A model generated the notes under the pieces. It was not told where the DNA came from. It ran no database searches and saw only the letters and a program-made list of their open reading frames with translations. Positions 13,251-24,291 of a stretch of DNA of 37,668 nt are shown here, in pieces. The first letter of the stretch is position 1; each line of letters begins with the position of its first letter. The translations under genes and the position numbers were made by a program. The stretch comes from Ancylonema sp. (taxonomy: Eukaryota): NCBI GenBank assembly GCA_050230475.1, contig JBFLGF010000036.1, positions 62,001 through 99,668 of the forward strand, given 5' to 3'.

Positions 13251-14227
13251 TTAAATTTCTATATGAATATTTCGTATTCTCTGTTTGATACTAGTTTCCA
13301 TCAAGGTTGAAGCTCGACAGAGTTAGCAACTGCAACTAGAGTTTGTGGACCAGATTTTGATTGTGATGTTCGGTTCAAGACTTAGAACGAGCACAACCGT
13401 CATACCGTCAAACATTTATTTGCCAAAAGTCTCCCCCGCTTTTTATGCAAATCGTACTTCCTAAACACGTAGATGTGGTTCTCGTTTTTAAAATTTTAAA
13501 GCAAATCGTGATCTACAACGTTGCAAAACGTGCTACAAGTACAGGACACGCACCAAATTGAGGAATTTTCACAATCTAGCAATCTAGCAAGTGAGCAGTC
13601 TTGCATCCTAGGAATCTAGCAATCTGGAAGTGTACAATCATGTTGCTTGAAGCAAAGTTTCATGTCTAGCATAGTAGAGCAAAACTTCATTGACCCGGTG
13701 TAAGTTCTTTGTACTTAGAAAACGTTGTTTTGGATTGATTTGTAGGTACTTGTGACATGTTTTAGAAAATGTGGAAGAGCTTTTTTTTGGGGGGAGAGGG
13801 GGTTTAATTTGATTTATTTATGAATATATTAATAGTAATGTAGGGTTGTCCTCGCCGAAGCCGGAACCGGCCACCGGACTATGGTGCAAGGCCGCCCAAA
13901 CCCTGACTAGATTCTAAGTCGTGGGCCATCGCCAAACTGTGGGTCCGACCTACCATGATGGTAATTGGAACTTGTGCACTTCTAGCGTGTAAGAATCCAG
14001 AAGAGTAAGAGGAAATCGCCCACACGCCCAGCCCGGAATGGCCACCCGATTTTCGAAGTCCCATCTACATCAGATGGCTTTCGCGGCTGGGGGGGAGGGC
14101 ACCGCCGGTCCGCCGGTGAGAATCGGGTGGCTAAGGTACACAAAATAGCTGCCTCGCATTGGTAGTTCAGTCGATTTTCGTTACATGCACAACTCTGTGA
14201 CACAAGTTTTTGTTGTCCATAACTATG

Positions 14228-14407
14228 TTTATGACCACCTGCCCATCCGCCCATCCGAGGATGGCCGCCCGCTCTCCGACGTGAAATCCAACTTGAGAAA
14301 GATGTTGCGGGTGGGATGTTGCGGTCGGAGGATGTCCACCCGTGGATGGGCGATTCGGAATTGGGTGGGTAAGGTACCAAAAAAGGCCGTGTCGCATTGG
14401 TCATAAA
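14228..14407. mobile_element. Possible MITE-like element
   Basis: 10-bp inverted ends TTTATGACCA...TGGTCATAAA. A diverged related copy lies at ~14020-14165. Confidence 0.35.
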
Positions 14408-15154
14408 GCAAATAGTCGATGCAAGCACAGCTTGGGGAATCGGGTTTTTGTTTTCATTACGTGTTATTGTTAGTTACGTTATTACTATTGTTATCATTAT
14501 TACTATTATTGTATTACAGTATTATACACAAACACATGTCCGTTATAGACAAAAAAATCCGTGTCCCAAATGTGTTCATAACAAATATTTGTCGACTACC
14601 GATGCCAGACGAGTCGAAATTGGTCGTCTCAGACAACCAATTTGTGCACCTTTGCCACCCGAATGACATCCGCCCACTGCGGGAGGTCCATTACCCAGCC
14701 GCAGCTGGCAATCACTCGACTGTGGGAGGAAACCACCCCCACTCGCGGACGGCCCAGGTTTTTCTTATGGGGGCCGCCCGCCCACCGGAATCCGATTCGT
14801 TTCATATGGGTGGGGCACAACCCGCGCTACAGTTATAACGCATTATAGACTGTAACGCGTCTGTGTTATATCATAATAATACCATACACCGACGATACCG
14901 TTTACCGTGTACCGTATGCAGTCGGACGCGATGGCGTCATGGCCTCCAGATCACTCCTGCGACCTCCTCTACTCAGGACATTGGCCACATGTATCTCTTT
15001 GGGCTGTTGCCTCGGGTTTCCAGCTTGACAGACAACCACCCTTCGCTCCTGAAGCACGTCAGGATTCTTGTGGGACTCCGGCTTAACTTCTTTTTGTCTG
15101 TCATGTGAGGTATTAGTTGGCGGATGGATCCACCGCAAACCTCTCCAAAAAAAA

Positions 15155-16647
15155 ATGTCTCTCCAAGAACCCAGCCGTGCACCCCTCCACGTAGCTGGAG
15201 ACCTACTGCAAGCTTCCCCCGGAGTCTCTCCTCCGAACCACTCACAACTACTTAAACATCCTGTCAGTGATTCCATCGGAAATTCCATACCTCCATCCCA
15301 GTCTTCGGGGATCCTGCACCCGCCACCTGCTAACTCCCCCGCAAGAGGCCTGGCCGTACAGCCCCCTCTGGACCTCTCCATACCCGCCCTCCCAAGACCA
15401 AACTTTGACCTGAAACGGGATGGGTGTGTGGTGAGCCCCGATCAGATTGACAACCTTCGGCGTCAAATAGCGGTCTACAGCACGATCTGTCAGCAACTGG
15501 TCGCCATGTTTCAAGCGATGACCTCTCCTCCTTTACCTGGTATATAGTTCCTTTGTCGCCCCTTTTCAATTGACACTGTCTCATACTGGGGGCGCTAAAT
15601 CCCACCGAAATCAATACAAAGCAACCTTCATTTTTCACATTCAAATGGCATGACATTTTTGATCTTCATATTCATGGGTGCTCCCTTTTGCCGTGTGGTT
15701 CAGAGGACGCAGCAGGAAGAGGCGTTGCTGGCCCTTATGTCTACGACGAGAATGCATCACCAGCTTTGCCGAATCCCGCTCCAGGCGTGCCTCTTGTGCA
15801 AAACGGAGGTTCGGGTGTAGGACTTGCCGGGAGTGGGAGTAGCGGAGGGGGGAAGAGTCGTCACAGGTGGAGCCCAGCCCCTCAGCAGCTCGGAACCATG
15901 GAGCAGTTCCTTCTGCTGGGGACTGGGAACCCATCCAGACACAAGATCAAGGACATGGTGGCCACTTTGTGCCAGTTTGGGCCCATCACTGAGACCAACG
16001 TCTACAACTGGTTCCAGAATAAGAAGGCCAGAAAAAAAAGGAAGTTGAGCTGGGTGATGGGGGGCAAGGAGGGGGAGGAGGTGGAGGGGGAGGAGGAAGA
16101 GGAGGGGGAGGGAGGAGAAGAGTCGAGAGATCTAACCTTCAACCATGGCGGGGTGTACGAACCAGGTAAGTACCTAACCAGGTGTACACCTAACTGCCAG
16201 CCAGCAAGCGCCCTCGCTCTTGCTCCTTGACAGTACACGGCACAAACATTTGGTCTCCCAGATTGCCCTGAGGCCCAGCAGAGCGTGGAGGTCCTCATCA
16301 ACGGCAAGCCGTGGGACGTGCCAGTGGGGCTTCTGGACGTGCCCACCTCTTTTGGAGACGAGGCGGCCATCTTTGACGCGCACAACCGGAGGATACCCGT
16401 GAACGAGGCGGGGATCACACAGGAGCCGTTGGTGGAAGGGGCAGACTACCGAGTGGAAGGGTGAGGGGGGGGGGGGGAGTTGGGGAAAGGGAATGTTGCA
16501 ATGGACTGACTCTGTTATCTCCCTATTGGCAGAATGAATCCTGCCCTAGTCGACACCAGGGCCTCCATGCCAGGTGAGGGCTGGGGGGTTGGCAGTGGTA
16601 GTGGTGGTATGTGGTGGCTATTCAATCCTGTCATTCACATCATATGA
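15155..16647 (+). CDS. WOX: WUSCHEL-related homeobox (WOX13-like) transcription factor, copy 1; 3' end uncertain
   Basis: Motif DQIDNLRRQIAVYSTICQQLVAM; homeodomain RHRWSPAPQQL...NVYNWFQNKKARKKRK; C-terminal VLINGKPWDVPVGLLDVPTSFGDEA...EGADYRV. Exons ~15155-15538, 15703-16164, 16262-16460, 16533-16647. Confidence 0.88.
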
Positions 16648-18124
16648 AAGTCATAACAAATGCTCAACAACTCAATTTAGAGTGTCGTACCTTGGAAAGT
16701 GGTCGAGGACCCACGCACTCTGTTGTAACTTGAGGGAGCGTTTGATTTGGGTCGCAGATATTGGAGGGAACCCCTTGCTGTAAAATAGTGAGTGGGTGGG
16801 TAGTTTTTGGGATACGTGCGTTGTTGACAACATCACTGATGACACGTATACGTGGAAAATGGACACATGGACGCATGGACGCTTCATCACTTGTTTTTCG
16901 TTGATATGGACTTCCTTACGTTACTTTTTAACTCCATCCCTGGCTTAGAATCTTTGGTCGGCTTCTTGTAACACCTACTTTTGTATTGTATGAGGCTAGA
17001 GTTGGTATCTGTGCGATAGGATCATCTGTAAATTTTCAATAAAATTGTCAATATAAGGATGAGCTACATCTAGAAATGTGTATTAGGAGTGAGCGGGGAA
17101 GCCCAATAGTGAGAAACCCCCAAAAAATCCCAGTAGTTCACTTCACCTGTGTTGTTGTACCCATTTCCACATTACCAATTTAAATATGGGTACTTGAGAT
17201 ATTATAAAGCTTTGCATTTGGTGTGTCTTAATGAACTTTCGTGTGAACACACGATTTGAAGGATGGAACACCCATTAAACCTGGTGAGTTCACACGAGGT
17301 TCAATAGATGTTCCATCCTTCAAATCATAGTCGCATAGATTTGCTGAAAAGAAATTCAGAACGGAAGACCGCGGTCTATGCAGTATTAAACGCGGCATGC
17401 TAGTGTTTTTCTATTGACTTTATGAACTGACTACACTGCCCAGAGATAATGATCCAGAGGAAAAAAAATGAAATTGTTTAAACTCGTACCAGCCAATGAT
17501 CCAATGATCTAGTTAATGCAAGAAGATGGGGAATCCTGCCGTTTGGTTATGATAAACTTGGTTTCTCTCTTAGTGGAATTATTAAANAACCAGCTTTTTG
17601 AAAAAGTTGATCGAAAAAGCCCGTCGCACGGCCAAGAAAGTGTCGCAGAGATGAATATCTGCGGACCTTTTATGACCGAAACTTTTTATAAAAGTTACAC
17701 TCAAATTCAGTCGAAAAAGTGCCGTAAAAGTGATATCTGCGCGCGTACTTTCCCGCTACTTTTTGAAAAAGTTTTCGCGTAAAAGTCGCCTTGTTGTTGT
17801 TGAAAAAGTATATCTGCGAACGATAAATGATACCATATACCAACGATACCGTTTACCGTGTATCGTATACAGTCGGACGCGATGGTGTAATGGGTTCCAG
17901 ATCACTGCTGCGACCCCCTCTTCTCAGGTTGGACACGTGCCCGAGATATGACCGCGTCGTATTCTCGTAGGGCTGTCGCCTCGGGTTGGCAGATTGTTTT
18001 TCAACCATCCTTCGCTCCTAAGGCACGTAAGGATTTTTGTGGAATTCCGGCTTCACTTTTTTTTGTCTGTCATGTGAGGTATTAGTTAGCGGATGGATCC
18101 ACCGCGAACCTCTCCAAAAAAACA

Positions 18125-19605
18125 ATGTCTCTCCAAGAACCCAGCCGTGCACCCCTCCACGTAGCTGGAGACCTATTGCAATCTTCCCCGGGAGTCTCTC
18201 CTCCGAACCACTCACAACAACTTAAAAATCCTGTCAATGATTCCATCGGAAATTCCATACCTCCATCCCAGTCTTCGGGGATCCTGCACCCGCCACCTGT
18301 CAACTCCCCCGTAAGAGGTCTGGCCGTACAGCCCCGTCTGGACCTCTCCATACCCGCCCTCCCAAGACCAAACTTTGACCTGAAACGGGACGGGTGTGTG
18401 GTGAGCCCCGATCAGATTGATAACCTGCGGCGTCAAATAGCGGTGTACAGCACGATCTGTCAGCAACTGGTCGCCATGTTTCAAGCGATGACCTCTTCTG
18501 TACCTGGTATGTACTTCCTTTGTCGCCCCTTTTCAATTGACTCCATTTCATACTTGGGGCACTGAATCCTACCGAAAACAATACAATGCAACCTTCATTT
18601 TTCACATTCAAATGGCATGACAGTTTTGGCCTTCACATCTACGTTGGCTCCCTTTTGCCTTGTGGTTCAGAGGACGCAGCAGGAAGAGGCGTTGCTGGCC
18701 CCTACGTCTACGACGAGAACGCATCCCCAGCTTTGCCGAATCCCGCTCCCGGCGTGCCTCTCGTGGAGAACGGAGGTTCAGGGGTAGTCCTTGTCGGGAG
18801 TGGGAGTAGCGGAGGGGGGAAGAGTCGTCACAGGTGGAGCCCAGCCCCCCAGCAGCTCGGAACCATGGAGCAGTTCCTTCTGCTGGGGACTGGGAACCCA
18901 TCCAGACACAAAATCAAGGACATGGTGGCCACTTTGTGCCAGTTTGGGCCCATCACTGAGACCAACGTCTACAACTGGTTCCAGAATAAGAAGGCCAGGA
19001 AAAAAAGGAAGTTGAGCTGGGTGATGGGGGGCAAGGAGGGGGAGGAGGTGGAGGGGGAAGAGGAAGAGGAGGGGGAGGGAGGGGAAGAGTCGAGAGATCT
19101 AACCTTCAGCCATGGCGGGGTGTACGAACCAGGTACGTACCTAACCAGGTGTACACCAAAATGCAGCCAGCTCCTTGACAGTGAACGGCACAAACGATTG
19201 GTCTCCCAGATTGCCCTGAGGCCCACCAGAGCGTGGAGGTTCTCATCAATGGCAAGCCGTGGGACGTGCCGGTGGGGCTTCTGGACGTGCCCACCTCGTT
19301 CGGAGACGAGGCGGCCATCTTCGACGCGCACAACCGAAGGATACCCGTGAATGAGGCGGGGATCACACAGGAGCCGCTGGTGGAAGGGGCAGACTACCGA
19401 GTGGAAGGGTGGGTGGGGGGGGGGGGGGGAGTTGGGGAAAGGGAATGTTGCAATGGACTGACTCTGTTATCTCCCTATTGGCAGAATGAATCCCGCCCTA
19501 GTCGACACCAGTGCCTCGATGCCAGGTGAGGGCTGGGGAGATGGCAGTGGTAGTGGTGGTCAATGCTGTCATTCACGTCATGTGAAAGTCAACACAAATG
19601 CTTGA
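18125..19605 (+). CDS. WOX: WOX13-like transcription factor, copy 2; 3' end uncertain
   Basis: Same motifs and intron positions as copy 1. The homeodomain protein sequence is identical. Confidence 0.88.
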
Positions 19606-20598
19606 CAACTCAATTTAGAGTGTTGTACCTTCGAAAGTGGTCGAGGGCACGCGCACTCTGTTCAAACTTGAGGGAGTGTTTGATGTGGGTCGCAGATATT
19701 GGAGGGAACCCCTTGTTGTAAAATAGTTGGTGGGTGGGTAGTTTTTGGGATACGTGCGTTGTTGGCAACACCACCAATGACACATATACGTGAAAAATGG
19801 GCGCAACGCTTCATCACTTGTTTTACGTTGATATGGGCATTCTTACGTTACTTTTTTAACTTCATCTGTGGCTTAGAACCTTTGGTCGGCTTCTTGTTGC
19901 ACCTACTTTTGTGTTGTTTGAGGCTAGAGTTGGTTGTTGTGCGATAGGATTATCTGTAAATTTTCAATACAATTGTCAATACAAGGATGGGCTCCATCTA
20001 TAAATTTGTATTAGGAGTGAGCGGGGAAGCCCAATAGTGAGAAACACCCAAAAAACTCCATTAGTTCACTTGACCTTTGTTGTTGTACCCATTTTCACAT
20101 TACCAATTTAAATATGGGTCCTCGAGACATTATAAAGCTTTATGTTTGGTGTGTCTTTATGGATTTTCGTGCGAACACGCGATTTGAAGGATGTAACACC
20201 CATTAAACCTCGTGTGTTTACACGAGATTCAATGTATATTCCATCCTTCAAATCATAGTTGCTTAGACCAGTCAAATATAAAAAAGGTGACACGACAAGC
20301 ACATCTTCGTCCCATTTTGGAGTCGGAACTCAAAAGGATTGAAGTGTTTGCCTCACTGGCGAAATTTTGGTCCATTTCACACATTGTCGAATAAAAACTA
20401 TCGGTGTGACACCAAAGGACGTGCCACTTAGCTGTCGTGCTGTCTAACATCGTAGACGTACACATGTGGAACACACCGCTTTAACGAACACACACACGTG
20501 CCACCGCAATAACGAACACCTCGCAAGTGTCCCTCACATGTGTGAATACATTTAACACAACACGCATAAGGCATGTATATATGAGGCAATGCCTTACA

Positions 20599-20994
20599 TG
20601 TAAGGCATTGAGCCTACACACACGCATCTCATGACATGTCTGCTCTACACTACTCTCACTTACTCATCCACATCATGCAACATCGGGTGCATGTGCACAA
20701 CGCACATATCTCTACACGTCATGTGCGAGATGAATCTATTTGAGACAAGCCCAAGGCAAGAAGGTTGCTTGGGTTGCTATGCGTAAGTGCACGAAACTGT
20801 GACATGGGTGGGATGATATATATGCTTACTACACGATCTCCAAGAGAATTCAACGATCATCTACGAAAGCGAAGCGTCATCACACGATGGATGCAACGTC
20901 ATCCAGGATGCATAAAACACAATCGTAGCGCAAGGCAATGCAAGGACTGGTTAAAAGCACCACGGGGCTCACTCTAACACAATGGTGTCAGAGT
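20599..20994 (+). mobile_element. Possible LTR remnant with PBS-like sequence
   Basis: TGTAAG...CTAACA (~20599-20978) followed by TGGTGTCAGAG at 20983, one mismatch from the iMet PBS. No partner LTR or gag seen. Confidence 0.3.
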
Positions 20995-23900
20995 GGTACA
21001 GAGTGAGAGTGTAAGCTGCTGAAGAGTGTAAGGTGGTGCACAACTGCAGTCACTAAACATCACTAGGCTCTCGTCTTGTGCATTACGAAACGTTGCGAAC
21101 GTACGCTAAATACGGCTACGAGTATATTTCCCGCCACTATGCCGACGGGGCCAAACGGCCCGGCCGCAAAGGTCACACTACGTGCCATACATTAAATGTA
21201 CGGGAGTAGTGCAACAATCATTACTGATGTTATAAAGTGAAACTACCTGGGCCACTATTGCTTGCATCGGTTCTTGATTGCAACCGGCGGCGCAATACGC
21301 CATATATGCACACGATCATATATGAGCTGACATAGCAATGAAATGTGCATCGACCCTTCTTTAAAATTTGTAATGGTTTTAAGCACGGGCATAACATGAC
21401 ACGTGTAAAACGGCCCATTTTCGTCGTCTGTGAATCGGGCCGTGTTCTAGACCCTAGACATCGCCAAATAATTGGACACGGAGTATGAGACATGGGTTGT
21501 GGTTGCGTGTCGCGCAACTGATTCGTTGTGTTCCACTGTAGGAATAAAAGAGTAACAAATTGCATATTCTTCACGACGGGACCCCCATCGTGATGCAAGA
21601 ACTTGTAACCAGACAAACTACAAATTCGAACAAATGAAGCGACGAACTGTTATAGATGGCAACTGCACAAACTACACAAAGCCAACAACATGGTTCTACT
21701 TTCTTGGAAGAGAAAAGAACCCACTATAGTGGGTTAGGGAACACAGCCATAGATTGCTCTTAACATAAAGTTAAAGAATGTATGGCGTGTGCTTACGATA
21801 TTTTAAAATACAATTGAACTTTTGTGACGGAACCATATGTTGGAATCCGGTTTTCCGGTTATAATCTGAATCGGCTAAGTTCCAGCCTAGTCCGGAATGG
21901 TGAAAGAGATATTTGGGTCGTAGTCCGGGTTGTCACATGTGCACGGGTTTGTTCATTTGAGTGATCGACACTTGTCGACATACAGGTGATCGATCATTGA
22001 GTTGTTGCGAACATGTGGTGCATGCTGTCGACACGTTGTCGACGGGTTGTTAGGGAGTTAGAGTTTGTTTGAGTTTGTTGAGCAGTCCATATGCCTTTGT
22101 GATATAGGCTAAATTTTTTACCGCATAATCAATTCTCTACTGGAAGCATAGCGTGTGGTTATGGCTGCCCCTTTATACTATTACGTGCAGAGTGAGCATG
22201 CTTCGTGTCGATAAGCATGTCTTTGAATGATTACGCGTTTTTCATTCTATGTGTATGTGCGCTTGACCTTGAGAGGTCTTTATAAAAGACTATTTTGTGA
22301 TCTTGACCAGCATGGCAGATCCAAACGGTAACATTTGGACATGTGGACAATATGGACATGTGGACAACAAGCCGATGAAGGGCCCCGATCCAGCACAATC
22401 AGTGGAAGCAATCGCTGCCTACTCTATCATATAACGATCCAACATATCAGATAATGCAAATTTAATTTAAGGTCAAACTTTTTTTTAAACGTACAATGTG
22501 GGAGCGAGAATTAAAATAACGGCATAGGCAGAGACGGGTAGCCTTGGGAGTGTGGGCGGAGATGGAAAGGAGGTAACGATCGTTGACGCACTGAGCGTAC
22601 TCAATGTATTTAGGGACACAAGGACATTGAGTATTTCATGGGGAAATGCGTTGGATGTGAGACATACGGTAATCGACATGCATCGACACTTAAGCCTATC
22701 ATGTCGATGAGCTGCAAGATATTGTCGATAAGCAGGTGCAAATGACAAGGAGCTCACTTATGATTCACTCAGTTGGCGGTAGAGACGGGTGCTAGCAACG
22801 GCTCATCGCCGTATCATGTCATCAATACAATAAATATATTTTCCAGCCTTTACATATACAGATAAATAATTTGCCATAACAAAGCAATCAAAATAATCGA
22901 ATTCCGACTCGGAAAATTCATTTGCCTACACATTAGCGTATCATGTCAATATTGTCGCCAACCGTATGACAAAGCTTGAACCTATAAAATGGGGGATGTA
23001 TTTTTACAAATTTGGCACGGATATTCACCTTCATATTTGAAGTTATCCCTCCTCGATCAACGTCAAAAATTACGCTTCACCGTTTAGTGTTTTACAATTT
23101 ATCGTAATTTGGGTCGTTACACACGCGATTACGGTATCGAAATTCAAACGGCATCATTTTCCCAAAATTCCCAACAAAACACACTCGATGATCTGGTGCG
23201 GAAGCGCGTGGATGCCCGCAGCCCACAAATCTTCCAGGAGCCACGACAGCAAGAAAATAAAGGCGAAGGTGTTTTTCCTAGTAATACGTGCCGTGCCTTA
23301 GTTTGCGCCGCTCGGGAAGCGAGACATCTTCGTCAATCCTGACCCTCGACCGAATTGTCATTCCAGATGATGAGAAGGGGGGCATCGTCACAATGAACCT
23401 ATTTCATCTATAGAGTACCGTACAAACTTATAATGTACGTACCACATGTATCACGCGTCAAATTGTATAAATATGACGGTAGTGAATGTACCGGCGCTTC
23501 ACAGATGGCGATAACGATGTTGCGGTTATCAATGATGTATTTTTCGAAGGCTCTGCCAGACTCAATTCGTGGACTGAGAACTCGTGATTGATTGGCTCAC
23601 AATCTTGTCCACGACCTAATATTATATTTGCTTCCCCAAGTTGCGGCCTAAATTTGCTTCCCCGGATCTGAACACTCCATTGTATACATATTTTTTATCC
23701 ACTTTTAATCTTGGGCATCTTCATGAAAGTCGGCGAACTTCTCCCTGGATGTATCGCAAGTTTATGGTCCTCCACTTTTTCCACGGTCTGCATTTTGCAG
23801 ATGCCGACAAAGATTACCCGAAACTGGACTGTCGCACGAGAACGTGGAAGTGTGACCACCAGCTGTCGACTCGTAATTTCTGTCGGATGTGATGAATGGA

Positions 23901-24291
23901 CCTCGCAGTCAGTGACAAGACACCCCTGCCGTCTATAGTTCACCTGGTGCTCCTTCAGGAGGATTCAATGACCAGAAACATATTTCTGCTGACATTCAAG
24001 TTTTTGAAAGTAGAATATCAATATTACAGAATTCTTACGGAGGAAATATCCCTCACATTTATGTGAAATGGTATGCTTATGAAAGTTTCGAAATTTGAGA
24101 AGATCATCCATTTAGAGTCTCAAAGTCTTTTGTCTCCCAGTCCTGGGAAGCTTTCAGAGAGCGACATTCCAGATCTGTAATTTAGGAAGTTCGATTATCT
24201 ATAAAGTGCAAAAATGGGGAGTCAGAGTATGATCCACCAAGGTTCTATGACTCTAGATTATCGTCTCAAGTCTCTCAATTTCCGCACGTGC

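Larger units (their letters stand above)
14874..20267. repeat. Tandem duplication: ~14874-17340 matches ~17823-20267
   Basis: Colinear similarity covering upstream region, WOX gene and 3' flank. A ~480 bp unrelated spacer separates the copies. Confidence 0.92.

Noticed and set aside
19407..19529. Stop-codon loss in WOX copy 2
   Set aside because: GG|GTGAGG and GG|GTGGGT are better read as splice donors. The downstream exon MNPALVDT shows synonymous changes between copies.
21000..24200. Short ORFs in the intergenic stretch
   Set aside because: No recognisable motifs or consistent exon structure. Probably decayed repeats and upstream DNA.
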